Source: the human T2T-CHM13v2.0 reference genome, Homo sapiens
Assembly: GCF_009914755.1 (NCBI RefSeq)
Contig: NC_060935.1
Strand: one strand, 5' to 3'
Length of the DNA stretch: 64,000 bases
Below, piece after piece: positions 1 through 15,512 of this stretch. The number at the start of each line of letters is the position of its first letter. The first letter of the stretch is position 1. The position numbers and the translations under genes are program-made. The notes under the pieces were generated by a model, which worked only from the letters and a program-made list of their open reading frames with translations, searched no databases and was not told where the DNA came from.

Positions 1-197
1 TTGTTAGTATAAAATTTTGTTATAATTTCTCTTTTTTTTTCATAGTGGAAAATTTCAACTTGTAGCTTTTCTTTTAAAAAACTTTCAGTCATTGGATATG
101 TGTGAGCGTGAGATAACTTCATTTTCTATTTTAAATATGTTATTTATCCAAACAAAACAACTTCATGAAGTTTAAATAGAATGCACAATTATCACGA

Positions 198-741
198 TGT
201 TAAAGTATGCCCCTGGCCAACAGACAAAATGGGCTCCCTGTGGCTAACTGAGGTGCTTGACATTAAAACAGAATCTGGTGGCCAAAGCTGGGTGTGGGAG
301 CAATCAAATACTCTGTCCTAGGAAAGATATTTTAAAAGTGGCACAGGACCTTCCTTTCTACAATCAAGTAAAACCAGTTCCGGTTGTGAGTGCCATGATA
401 AACTGTAGCTGGAATAACCGCCCTCCATCCCCAAACAATGGCCTTTCAAAGAAATACCTGACAGAGACTTCTTGTTTTGGGCTTGGAAACCACCCAATCA
501 GGGCTAAACACTTTGGACCAATCACAATTAAACAAGTTCGATCACTTTTTTTTGCATAAACAGACCTGATAGAGGACTGGGGTGAGAACTTTCCCTATTT
601 AAACCAGACCCTTCCTTAGTTCCTTAGAGAGCACACTTTCACTTCTACTAGAGGTTGTGTCTCCCTAATCTGCAGATTGTTTCTTGATAGAAAATAGGGC
701 TCTCTCTTTTTCCTCTGCAGTTCTCAGTCTTTTTGTTAACA
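198..741 (+). mobile_element. Solo ERV1-class LTR, MER67-like
   Basis: Termini TGTTAA...TTAACA; 4-bp TSD acga/atga; CCAAT boxes; start resembles recalled MER67 consensus (cagacaaaatgggctccctgtggctaactgagg). Confidence 0.65.
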
Positions 742-1329
742 ATGATATTCCAATTGCTAAAGTTGGGTTCTTCAGAAAAAAAAAATTAATAAAGCAACTA
801 AAATTTAAAACCCATTAGGAATGTTAAATGTGCATAACAATACTCTTTCTATGACTAATCAATAACATTTTAAAATATGTTGTAAATGAGAAAAATTTTT
901 CTCCTTTCTTGTATTTTATTTTGACTAAAAGTCTAAGATGAGGAATTGCTTTTATGGCCTATTGATTAATATATTTTCTTACTTTAGAAACTAGGAACTA
1001 AAACCTAGAGACAACAGATATCATATCTACGAAGGTCAGAGGGGTATATTCATTTTATTAAAAGATAAGATTTAAGAATCATACTTTGAAATAAATTTAA
1101 CACGTATTTCCTAATTTGTAGATTGCTTATTAAAGGGATCATTTGTGAAAATTAGATAAATAAATGTATAAAAGCTATGAGTGCTTACAATCTGTAAAGA
1201 GAATACTATTTTAATTTATAGAATTGACTATAATATTTAGAAGTATCTGTGTTACTATAAATAATTAGTTTAAAAATCAGACATGATATAATATGAATAG
1301 TTATTCATGCATTTAAAAGACTGGTTTAG

Positions 1330-1646
1330 GGCTGGGCTCAGTGGCTTATGCCTGCAATCCCAGCACTTTGCTAGGGAAAGATGGGAGGATGGCTTGAGCC
1401 CAGCAATTTGAGACCAGTCTGGGAAAACCATAGTGAGACTCTGTCTCTACAAAAAAATTAAAAAATAAGCCAAGCATGGTGGTGTGTGCCCATAGTCCCA
1501 GCCACTTGGGAGGCTGAGATAGGAAGAGACCTTGAGACCATGAGACCAGGGCTTCAGAGCCATTATTGTACTCCTGCACTCCAGCCTGAGTGACAGGGAG
1601 AGAAAGCCCCTGTTTCAAAAAAATGAAAAGTAAAAAAATAAAAATA
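1330..1646 (+). mobile_element. AluJ
   Basis: Diverged dimeric Alu with J-type 'gcttgagcccag'; A tail; degenerate TSD aaaagactggtttag/aaaagactaaattag. Confidence 0.9.
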
Positions 1647-2140
1647 AAAGACTAAATTAGTTGCTTAATTACTTTCAGCTTCTGTTTCTAGTTTGCAAAT
1701 TTGAGTTAAAAACACCAAAATTATAGGATCATTGTGAGAACTAAAAGTGGACTATAAGGTATCAGTAATTTACAAAAGTGATTGCTATTTATATAGTGCC
1801 TTCACCAATCTAGATCAATTGGCTAAGTACTAAGTACAATCATGCTACAAAAAAAAAATGACAACAAAAACCTTGATATAGTTTTTATTTTAAAAATTGC
1901 TTTACTTTTTATATTGCCTTGTTCTTTTTCACACTGGACAGTGCCAGAGACATGAAGCTGCACTGTATGGTCCATTAGCCCATTCAAGAAGATCCTGTTT
2001 CATTTCCAGATATGCTTTATGATATGTCATACTAATATCTCTTGAGTTTCACATTCCTTTTTTTCCTGTGGCTTTCTAGACCCATAAAATAGAAACACAT
2101 TTTAAAATCAAATGATATTATTTTAAAATAGTTTAGTATC

Positions 2141-4536
2141 TGATATGGTTTGGATCTGTGTCCCCACCCAAATCTCCTGCTGAAATGTAATCCCCAGTGC
2201 TGGAGGTGAGGCCTGGTGGGAGGTGATTGAATCATGGGAAAGTTTCTAATAGTTTAACACCATCCCCCTAGTACTGTTCTTGTGTTGGAGTTCTTGTGAG
2301 ATCTGGTTGTTTAAAAATGTGTGGCACCTCTCCCTGCTCCTTCCTCCTGCTCTGGCCATGTAAGATGTGCCTGCCTCTCTTTCAACTTTTTCCAAGATTG
2401 TAAGTTTCCTAAGGCCTCTCCCAAAGCCAAGCACATGCTGCCATGCTTTCTGTAGAGTCTGCGGAACTGTGAGCCAATTAAACCTCTTTTCCTTATAAAT
2501 TACCCAGTCTTAGGTAGTTCTTTATAGCAATGCAAGAACTGACTAATACAGAAAATTGGTACCAAGAAGTAGAGCATTCCTATAAAGATACTTGAAAATA
2601 TGGAAGCAACTTTGGAACTGGGTAATGAGCAGAAGTTTGAAGAGTATGGAGGGCTCAGAAGAAGACAGGAAAATGAGAGAAAGTTTGGAACTTCCTTGAG
2701 ATCTGTTAAATTGTTGTGACCAAAATGCTGGTAGTGTTTTTGACAGTGAAGTTCAGCCTGAGGACGTCTCTGATGGAGATGAAGAATTTGTTGGGAACTG
2801 GAGTGAAGGTCACTTTTGTTATGTGTTAGCAAAGAGGTTGGCAGCATTGTGCCTCTACTCTAGGGACCTATGGAACTTTAAACTTGAGAGTGATGAATTA
2901 GGGCATCTGATGGAAGAAATATCTAAGCAGCACAGCATTCAGTATGTGGACCAACTGCTTCTAAAAGCTTATCTTATATGCATTAGCAAAGAAATGACCT
3001 GAAACTGGAACTTATATTTAAAAGGAAAGCAGAGAGTAAAAGTTTGAAAAATTTGCAGTCCAACACTGTGATAGAAAATAAAAGCCCATTTTCCAGGAGC
3101 AATTCAAGTCAGCTGCAGAAATTTGCATAACTAAAAGGAAAGCAAGTGCTGATAGGCAAGACAATAAGGAAGAGGCCTGGAGGGCATTTCAGAGACTTCT
3201 GAGGCAGCCCTTCCCATCACAGGCCTGGAGACATAGGAGGAAAGAATGGTTTTGGGGGCCAGGACGATGACCCCACAGCCCTGTGCAGCCTTGGTATGCT
3301 GATTCTCACATCCCAATCACTCCAGTTCTAGCCATGGTTCAAAGGGACCCGTGTACTGCTTGGGCCACTGCTTCAGAGGGTACAAGCTGTAAGCCTTGGT
3401 GGCTTCCACATGGTGTTAAGTTTGTGGGTACACAGAGTGTAAGAGTTGAGGTTAGGGAGCCTCCACCTAGATTTCAGAGGATGTATGGAAAAGCTTGGAT
3501 GTTCAGGCAGAAGCCTGATACAGCACAGAGCCCTCATGGAGAACCTCAACTAGGGAAGTGTGGAGGGGAAATGTGGGGTTGGAATCCCCACACAGAGTCC
3601 CAACTGGAGCACTGCGTGATGGAGGTGTGAGAAGAGGGCCACCATCCTCCACACCCTGGAATTGTAAGTCCACCAACACGCTTGCACTGTGTACTTGGAA
3701 AAGCTGTAAGCACTCAATGCCAGCCCTTGAGAGAAGCCATAAAGGCACAGCTGCCCAAGGCCTTGGGAGCCAACCCTTTGCATCAGTGTGCTCTAGTTGT
3801 GAGATATGGAATCAAATAAGATTATTTTCGAGCTTTAAGATTGCATGACTGCTCTGCTGGGTTTTGGACTTGCATGAGTCATGTAGCCCCCCTTTTTGTG
3901 GCTGACTGCTTCATTTTGGAATGGGAGTATTTACCCAGTGCCTGTACCCCCATTGTATCTTGGAAGTAACTAACTTGTTTTTTATTTTACAGGCTCAGAG
4001 GTAGAAGAAGCTTGCCTTGTCTTAGATGAGACTTTGGATTGTGGACTTTTGAGTTAATGCTAGACTGAGTTAAGACTTTCAGGGACTGTTTGGAAGGCAG
4101 GATTTTATATTGCAAGGTGTAAAGGACGTGGGATTTGGGAGGGGCCAGGAGCAGAATAATATGATTTGGATTTGTGCCCCTTTCCAAATTTCATGTTGAA
4201 ATGTGATCCTGAAAGCTGGAGGTGGGGCCTGGTGGGAGGTGATTTCTAATGGGGGTGGTTTCTAATGGTTTAGCACCATTGCCCTAGTGCTGAGGTCTGG
4301 TTGTTTAAAAGTATGTGGCAGTTTCACCCTCTCTTTCTTCCTCCTACTCTGGTCATGTAAGATGTTCCTGCTTCCCCCTTTGCCTTCTGCCATGATTTTA
4401 AGTTTCCTGAGGCCTCCCCAGAAGCCAAACAGATACTGCCATGCTTACCTATGGAACTGTGAGCCAATTAAACCTCTTTTCTTTATAAGTTACCCAGTCT
4501 CAAGTATTTTTAACAATGTGAAAAAGGACTAACACA
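2141..4536 (+). mobile_element. Full-length MaLR element MSTA (5' LTR 2141-2550, internal 2551-4156, 3' LTR 4157-4536)
   Basis: Two homologous LTRs starting tgatatggtttggatctgtg / taatatgatttggatttgtg and ending gactaataca / gactaacaca; typical MST/THE1 internal sequence; degenerate 5-bp TSD gtatc/ggacc. Confidence 0.9.
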
Positions 4537-5529
4537 GGACCTGTTTTCTGGAGTTACTTCTACATCTCATAATCTATATATAACCATTGGTGTAATAATT
4601 TGCATCTGTCAAAATATCCCTGAAATGTCCCCAGTAGTACTTTGGCAAGGTAAAGGAAAACTGAACATGCCTACACATATGCTCTCTAAACAAAAGTTAT
4701 AAAGATTCTGGTAGGATATATCTCTCTAGCATTCTTATCTATTTATGTTTTAGGAGACAGGCCAGAAAATAGACAGAATGATAATATCAAGGTCAGCAGG
4801 AAGCTTTTTTTGTAAGTTCAAGCTATATTTCTAAGAGGAAAATTTTAGTTTCTATTCACAGATGTCAAAAGCAAACCCATCTGTGCTATGTACTATTACA
4901 TACATGGAAAAACAGTCTCTGACACTTACACGTTTTGCAGTTGGCTTATAAATTATTTCCTGGTTACTATTTTGTATTTTCGTTGGGACGTTGAATACAC
5001 ATTTCATACAATTTTCTTTGTATTACTTGTACAAAAACTAATAGAATTCTCATTAATAATCACAATTGTATAAAAATCGTAAGTGAGATTTTTCAAAGAT
5101 CAGAATATCTAAGAATATAACCATGGGTGCTTGCTAATGTATTCCCAGACTTAATTACCAAACTATTGAATCCATACTTTGGAAGTGAACCTGAGAATAT
5201 GCATGTTTACAAAGCTCTTACAACTGAGTTTTCCAGGTGTTATTTTACTGGTTTATATTGTATTATATGCTGAAAATCAGAAAATGAAAGAATAACTGTT
5301 TATGATAGTTTATATATTTTATATGTAATGATTTACCAATTTAAGCCAAAATCCTTTAAAGAAGTTGTAAAGAAACTCCAATTTATAAAATAAATTATCT
5401 TTTTACAAATCTATAGGTCAAACTTTTTCTATATACACCTGTGTTCAACACTAAAAGTAAAAGAAATGAGATGTAAGGAAGTGTTGAGGCCTGAAATTCC
5501 AAGTTCCATTCAGAATTCATATAGGAAAG

Positions 5530-6430
5530 GATGAACAAATTTGATATTGCATAAATTAAAACTTTTCCATGAAAAATAAATCATAAACAAAATAAAAAAG
5601 TTAATGCTCAAATAAAAGTTTTTGTTCATAATAGACAATATTTTAATGTTTAACATATATATGTAAATCAACATTTAAAAAGACAAAGCAATAAAATTAA
5701 ATAGGCTTTGGGTATGAATAGGATATTCATAGAAAACATTTAAAACAAATGAATGTAAAGAAAGATTATTCATATCCTTAGTAATCAGAGAAACTAAAAT
5801 GAAATAGGGAAATTTAAAGTTAAATTAAAATTGTATACCTTAGATAAGCAAATAAAAGTATAAATTCTGAGTTGTCAAAACATAGGCTTTTTCATAACAC
5901 TGATAGTGATTATAGGGATTATAAATTAAAATAGCTTTTTGAAGAATTTGACAGGTTATTAAAATGTATAAGTCCTTTGCTTCAGCAACTCTACTTCTAC
6001 GAGTCTAAGCCAAAGAATTATTAACATATAACCATAATGACAATGTATGTTGAAAAGTATTTATTTCTGCTATTTTGTTTGAATGTAAAAAAAATCTATA
6101 AAGAAATGGTTGCACACATACAGTTCATTCATTATACTGAACTCAATAAAAAAGTAAAATAATAGAATATATTTATAAGTACTATCCTGAAATGATTTCT
6201 ACCCCACGTGGTTAAGCAAAAAGACAACTCATAGAAAATATAAATATTTTGGTCCTATTTATGAAAAAAACAAGTATTTATAACCATGAGGAAGAATGTT
6301 GTGGAAGCCTATCTATCAAGCTAGTAACATTAGTTGTCACCAAAAAGTGGAACAAAGTTAGATAAGATATTCTAACTTTTTATCTTGTAGTTTTTGAAAT
6401 ATTAAATAATTGGTACCAATTGAAAATTTA
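5530..6430 (+). mobile_element. Old L1M 3' fragment
   Basis: Degenerate L1 ORF2-end motifs (ccttagtaatcagagaaa; cagcaactctacttcta). Confidence 0.65.
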
Positions 6431-6774
6431 AAGAATATTTAAAAGAACAGGGATGATATGAATTAACAACCACAAAATGCTAATCTTTAATTCTTGGCAA
6501 TTGATGGAGTCTGATTCTCCATCAGTAGTTATGTATCCTTTTCTGGGAAGGAAAACAGAAATGAATGGGGATCAAATATGGGTGACTTCAAAGTTTACGT
6601 GATAGACAGGTTTATATTCTGTATTGTTTTTCTTTTTCCCTTGTAATTTCTCACTGTTACCAGAAGCTAAATATGTCAACTTCTATTGAAGTACTTTATA
6701 CCACATATATTTCAAAAATCTTAGATCTTCTTCTTTTTCCAAATCAAAGCTTTATAATTAAAAAGGGGTAAATA

Positions 6775-7200
6775 AATATCAATTGAATATCTTCTATATT
6801 GTAGTCACTGTTCTGGGATATTAAAATGCAGCAGAAAAGAAAATAGACCAAAACCTCTGCTTTCATAATGCAGGGAGAGGCTCAATAAACAAACATGTAA
6901 AATCTAAACATGTAAAATCTAAATTGTTTCAAATGTTTCTTTATTTATTATGGGTAAAACAAATAGGGAAGTGGAATAGCAGTGTCAAGCTAAGGCAGTG
7001 AGTTTGCTACTTAAAATAGGATGATCAAACAAGCTTCAATGAGGAGATAAGAAGAGATAAAAAGGAATGGAAAGATTAAAACCTTGCTGATATTCCAGAA
7101 AAGGACAGCAGAGAAAACCCTGGCAAAGGACCTGAGTCAGGAGTGTGGTTGGCATATTTTAGAAACAACATGGAAATAAGTCTCATTACAGTAGAGTGAG
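6775..7200 (-). mobile_element. L2 fragment (probably continues ~7765-8040)
   Basis: Antisense L2 3'-end pattern (attgaatatcttcta...cactgttctgggatatt...). Confidence 0.55.
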
Positions 7201-7244
7201 CAAGGGGGTGAAGAGTAGAAACAACATCACCTGTGTTGTGTCTG

Positions 7245-7432
7245 TATGTGTGTGTGTATTAGAGGAGCACAATATATGTAGTCCTATGTGTGTGTGTGTG
7301 TATATATGTATTTATTTATATTTATATATTATATATATATTTAGTGTATATATATTTTCTTTAGTGTATATATATATTTTATATATATATATTTAGTGTG
7401 TGTGTATATATATATATATATGCACACACTAA
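7245..7432. repeat. Compound (TG)n/(TA)n microsatellite
   Basis: Directly visible. Confidence 0.9.
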
Positions 7433-7762
7433 AGGATCAGTAAACTATACGTAGGAGCCTGCTACCTGTTTTAGTAAATAAACTTGTATGAAGATACAGC
7501 CATACCCATTCATTATGTGTATGTGTATTAGAGGAGCACAGTATATATAGTACTTTAGTACAGGATCAGTAAACTATACGTAGGAGCCTGCTACCTGTTT
7601 TAGTAAATAAACTTGTATGAAGATACAGCCATACTTATTCATTATGTATTGTCCATGGCTGATTTCATGCTATGAAACAGAGTTGAGTAGTTGCAACAGA
7701 GACCGAATGGCCCACAAAGTCTGAAATATTACCAGCTGGCCTTTTTCAGTTTGCTGGCCCTG
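7433..7762 (+). mobile_element. MER58A (hAT-Charlie MITE): full copy 7561-7762 preceded by a duplicated 5' part 7433-7517
   Basis: Matches recalled MER58A (cctgtttttagtaaataaa...cagccatac...gagttgagtagttgcaacagagacc...tttgctggccctg). Confidence 0.85.
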
Positions 7763-8023
7763 ACTGAAGGCCACTGTAAGGGCTTTGCCTTTTATTTGTA
7801 AGTCAGATGCGAAGCCAGATGCTTGATCCTTATTGTTTTTACGTCTTGGGGTCATTATAAGCATTTTGGGTTTACTCTCTGTGTTATTAGAAGTCTTTGA
7901 AGATTGTTAATTAGGGCAGTGATCAAAAGGATGACTATAGCTATTTTGTGGCGAATATATTGTAAGAAAGCAAGCATGAATGCACACGGAATAATTGTAT
8001 GGTTTAAATGTAGTATAAATTAA

Positions 8024-8426
<403 letters not shown>

Positions 8427-11289
8427 TCAATGGTAATTTCTAAAAAATTGAACAGGGTGGTGAGAAAAAGTTAAAAATCAAGAATGACTCCTATTTATGT
8501 CTTCAGTAATTGCTGATATATAATGGATATAAGAATTCAAGAAGGCATAAATTGATAGAAAATCTGGGAGTCGTTGGTCTACAGAAAGTAAATACTTTGA
8601 AGACATTGGATGATATAATCTAAGAAAAAATGTTGAAGAAATAGAGAGTTCTTAGATGTGTAGCAGGAAAACAGGATGAGAGCAGAAGACCCATGAAAGT
8701 ATATTGATCAGGGTCCACAAAGGAAAACATGACAGCTTTCAGCTCCATGATTAGAGACTTGGTGTACTCAGTAGTTCATTTTAACAATAGTGGGAGTAAG
8801 GAGCACTGGTACAATAAACACAGAACAGTTTGGGAGTTAAGAATTTGCAAATAATTGATTTTAATAATATACCATGAAATGTAAACTGTGTAAGAAAATG
8901 AGTAAGGCAAGAAGAATATAATGGATCTTGAAAAAGTAGCAGGATAAATGAACTCCATACACTTGAAAACAAATCTCAACATAGAATTCGTGTTTACCAG
9001 AGTACTCATGGCCTCAATAAGTATTTATCACCCAAAGTCGAGCTTTAACTTTCCTTTATTTGTCATAAGGACCATAACTGTATATGATTTTAATAACTGC
9101 TTGTATTTATACATCATTTTACAATTTAGAAGATATTCACGCATGTATCAGAATGTCCAAAAGTTAACAAAATAGCAAATGAAGCGTTGAACATTGTCTT
9201 AGAGACTTAATAAATGAAGGGTAATCCAACAGTAAAGAAAATACCAGCAGAGCATACATCAGATAAGTCTTAAGCTACAAAACAGAAAATTCTCTAAATA
9301 AAAATTGGCTTAAAATATGCTAAAATTGGACTTTCCTACTCTAAGAATCCCAATTATTTGTGCTGCATTTTAATCATGTGAAGATGTCCTGTAAATATTG
9401 GATCATTAGTAAAACCAAAGTACTTTTTGCCCATGCAATTCTTTGAAAAGGAACAATTATTTTGTAAGTTATATGCATTTAGTAAGACATGAACCTCAGT
9501 GTTTACTGAAGTCCACTCCTAAGACATGTACTCCTTGTTCTTCCAAAAATGCCTTGGAGTTTGAGGATGACAGTAACATTGAGATTCAACTATTAGATGA
9601 CAATGGGAAAATCCTGTTGATAAGATTTTGCGAAATAGGTGGACTCTGTACTTGGGTGGACAAAATTCATATTTTTTCTTTTAAGGAGGAAAATATACTA
9701 CATGTCTCTTGCCTTGGATACAATAAGGTCCCACTCTGTTACAGTAGAAATGTAAATTAAACATTATATTTCAAAGCTTGTCTTATAAATGTAAGCACAG
9801 AATCAGCAAGTTAATCTCAAATGTAAATATGTCTATTCCTGCATAAATGGTGCATGTGCACAAGCACTTGGTAGCAGAGCATTCTCAACAATTTGCTGAA
9901 CTCTTTCATGTGATTGCACACCCAGCAAACACAGCCATTTTCCACTTAACTAAGCAGCTTCAGAGCCAGAGCAGAGACACTATTTATTTCAGTGTCACCT
10001 ATAGTTAAGGTTACGTCAAGATTTCTATTATGAACCTGTTTTCGGAGCTTCATACCTTTGTAATGGTTCTAATCACAGTGAAGCCAAATCTCTCTAAAAG
10101 CACATCAAGCAACATGCATTTTGAAAAAGCAAGCCAAATATGTAAGGCTAAGAAAACACTCCAATATTAAAAGGATTGCAATTTCTACTGAGCTTATAAG
10201 TATTTTTAGCAAGGTAAGTGAACAATAAAAGTACAATTTTTAAGTAAAACAATGACCTGCACTTATATAAAAATAGACTGACGGGAGAAATGTCCATGGT
10301 AATTTAGACAGTATTAGATTTGAAAATGGTGCTCTCAGCTTTTCGGTCAAGGTTATCCATGCTGCATCTCTCTCTCCAACCCCCTGTACAATATTATTAT
10401 TCATTTCACAAAATTGTTATTATGTGCATGTTAATGCCTAGTCCATATACAATATTCTATTCTTGATTTTTCCTCTTTACTCTGTCACCAATTCTACATT
10501 AAATTTTTTTGTTTTCAAATAAGGGAAAATTGCTTTCAGCAACCATGGCAAATGTGCAACACTGAATTTCTCCCTTCCTTCGTAGTGTGCACCAAAGAAG
10601 GCCAGAAATATTTGCATGGGACATGCTAATTTCTGTTGAGAAATATCAAATCCTCAAGTGGCCTTTAGCCTTTATAAAAATCCATATGTGCTCACCTTTT
10701 ATCATTCACTTAATGTTTTAGCTTTCTCACCTACCACTTCATGTTTTTATTTTTCCGTTAGGGGCTTTGGCAGTTGCAAAAATGACTAATACATTGCTTT
10801 AGTAAATCTTGTGCACATTCCAGATCATTGCTTGGTATATCTACCCATGTATCACTTTGAGAAGATCATTCCTTTTCTCTTTGATTTTCCTCTTCTGTCA
10901 TTTCTCCTATCTGTGACACTATGACTAGACGTTTGCTATGTGATCAAAGCTCTGAAATGTCAAGGAGAATAAGAACAGAAAATGAGAAAAATGGCTTATA
11001 GAATTTGGCATATAGAATATTTGATACATTTTAAGAAGCAGTTTGAGAGAATAGCAAGGAAAATAACTGTTTTCTACATGAATAAAGAATGGACAGCTTG
11101 TGAGGAAGCTAATTGTAACATAGAACTACTTCTTCAATATATTTTAACACAAAGTGACATCTGGAGTTATTCAGGATGCAAAAAAAAATAGAGAAGAAAT
11201 AGGGGACTTGATCATGTTATTAGGTTACAGGAGACAAAAGAGGGATAGCGATAATGTGTCACATGCTCACATACTTGAGGGTGTGTGTG

Positions 11290-12080
<791 letters not shown>

Positions 12081-12534
12081 GTGAGTACTACTGAAACTGG
12101 TACAAATTAGAAATAAATCAGGGAAAAGACAAAATATAATATGGTAGTCTTAGAAATATGAGAGATTATTTAGAAGAATGGAAAATGAAGATAAGGAGAA
12201 TAACCAGTCCTTCTCCATGGCCTATGACTTTGGGTCATTGGGAAAATGAGGGACTCAACTAGAAGGGCTGCATGACAAGTGATGCTGGAAAAGGAAAAAA
12301 CAGCTTTCAGTGAAGATGAGCAGGGGATAAATGTTATGGAAAAACAAAGTGAAGGAGTGGCCACATAATTAGAGATGGCCACAGTTCACATGGGACAAGT
12401 GCTTAGAGTTGAGATGGCACTGATGGTAGAAATACATTCTAGGGAAATGAAAAGTCTAAAAAGACTGAGTGTGGAGATTTAAAGGGTAAACGGTAACTTT
12501 GTTAGAAAAAGAGACTGTAATTTTTTAGTGTTGA

Positions 12535-13211
<677 letters not shown>

Positions 13212-13974
13212 CAATATATTCTGTTCTTACCAACTCTGTGTGTTAGCTATAATTACTCTTACTTTATTTGAGGGAATTGAGGCCAGAGGCACATGTAGAA
13301 TGTACATAGAGATCTTCCTGTCCACAAAGCCTTTACTCATCCACTTTATCATGTGAATTCCTTTGGAAACAGGAACAAGTTGATAATTGGACTGTAACTA
13401 TATTTATCACTTCTGGGCAGAAAGAATTGACAGCATAAAGAGAGCAATTGATTTGCTGTTGTTTTAGTGCTGGTTCATCAGGCACGCACAAAGAAAAAGC
13501 TAGAAAAAATAGTTGCTAAGGACTGTGTGTGTAGGGGGATGAAGGAGAGCTAGTGGAAGTAGGGTGAGAGAAAGGACTCAGATAAGGGAGAGTGAGCAGA
13601 ATGTCAAAACAGGAGCCAGAGAGACAGATGGACTTTAGCCAGATTGGTGGATATGCCATTTGGAGAAGCAAAGCAGAAAGCTGTTATTAAAATCATATCA
13701 AGAAAAATGTTTTGGGCTGCCTCCTTCTTACTGCTGTATACTAGTCAACAAATACCACTGAGTGATGTTATGTTTCTAGTGGTGACAGAACAGAAACATT
13801 CTTCTCAAGCCCATTTTCTATTGAGGAGGAAATATATAAACAAGTATTTAAAGAAAATTGTGGTAAGTGACATAAAGGAAATGTACAATGTATTATGACA
13901 TACAATTTAGGATTCTTTTCCAGTTTGAGGCTTAGAGAAGTAACTCCTGGGTTGATAAATGGAATGAACAACTG

Positions 13975-14090
13975 GAATAGAATCTAGGAAACTGGAAGTC
14001 CAGCAGCAGCTCTGGCATTTGCTAGTTTTGTAACCGTGGTAATTTAATTTTCTTACTCTGTTTCCTTATTGGAAAAGTAAGACTAGTAAG
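13975..14090 (+). mobile_element. MIR fragment
   Basis: Degenerate core (gctctggcatttgctagttttgtaacc...ctctgtttccttatt). Confidence 0.55.
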
Positions 14091-15512
14091 GCCAAATCAT
14101 TCTGCAAAACATTTCTGGATAAAGAATTGTGCCATTATTTTGTAAGGAAATACTTTAAAACTAAGGCATCGAAAAATATTTACAAATAATAATATTAAAC
14201 AAGAAAAGCTCATTGTTCCTAGCACAGTGGTAGAAATGCACTTGAATTAGCAGACTGAAGCTGAGTTTATTGAAAACAATGCTTCTGCCAGAATCTGACA
14301 GATGCATCATGGTGTGACACCTCCTAAGCTGTCACTGGTTTACCAGTTACCCAAAGCAATAATTTCTGATAGGTCTTCTTCAATACCCAGGTAGTGTTTG
14401 GGATACTGACCTTATTAGGGAATAGCAGAAACAGCAAGACAGAAGTACAAGAGCACAGAAGCAATATTAGTTGTCAGCAGCCCTGTCAGAACAGTTAAGT
14501 GTAGCATGCTTTAAGATATGTACCCAAATACTTTGGATTTTGCTTTTAGTGATTTTAACCGCATGAGGTGCTTTGTTCCCAATCAAAAGAAACGTTAAAT
14601 AATAATGATACAAATTTTTAAAAGGAATAATGAAACCCTGCACTTTTTGAAAGGCTTGCCTGTGAAAAAACCCCTGGAGCATCATCCACATAAAGTACTG
14701 CCAAATTCTATTTCTAGACCAAATTTTCTTAGTCCTTAGGGAACAGCTGTCAAATGGTACTTTTAGTGACATTTAGACAAAGCCATAAAGTCTATTGATA
14801 ACTTTTAACGAATAAAGTCAACTGAATGAATACTTGTTTACTTGCCTTGGAAATGGAAAAAAAAAAACCTGGTATTTCTTGGCATTCTAATTTCATACTG
14901 TGAAAAAAAACGGAGAAAGCAAAACTATATGAATTAACAATAGCCGTGGTTTTACAGCACCTCCATATAAATGGTAGTCATTCATATCATGAGAGCAAGG
15001 GACTCGGTTAGGTAACCTAAGTGGTATACCAATTGCCTCTCTGAACCCTTCTGAGGAAATGATGTACAGCAATTAATTATTTAAAAGCAATGTAATTCCA
15101 ATTATAAGATTCATGAAAAAAAGTGGGATTTTTTTGGTCTTTAAACAATTTCTTTCTGAAGCTCTGTAATTGTAAGCTGTTAAAAGTTTATATATATGTG
15201 TATAAAATCATAAACACAAAATCCCTGTTTTTATAATATACTAGGAAATTCAGAAATAAGAAGTCACACTTCTAAATTTAAGATACTGCTTTTATCTCAC
15301 TATTCAAATACACAGTGTTATCCAAGTTTACTTTTATATGACTAAGCATTAGATACATATTAATTGTGTTAAATTCTTGATTTTGGAACTGGTAACTTTA
15401 TTAACATCATATTTAATTTCTTCATCAAAATAAAGATATATTTTAGAGTTCACTTAAGAGTTTTTAATGTAGTTCCTCTATCTTATTTAGAAATAAAAGC
15501 ATATTTTAAAAT

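Noticed and set aside
2500-4187. Several overlapping 60-115 aa ORFs
   Set aside because: All lie within decayed MST internal sequence
9443-9760. 105-aa ORF in unique DNA
   Set aside because: Non-ATG start, no recognisable domain, no convincing splice sites; cannot be supported, though not excluded as part of the decayed gene
10605-10635. Antisense U6 snRNA fragment (catgctaat)
   Set aside because: Only a short partial match; the flanks do not resemble U6
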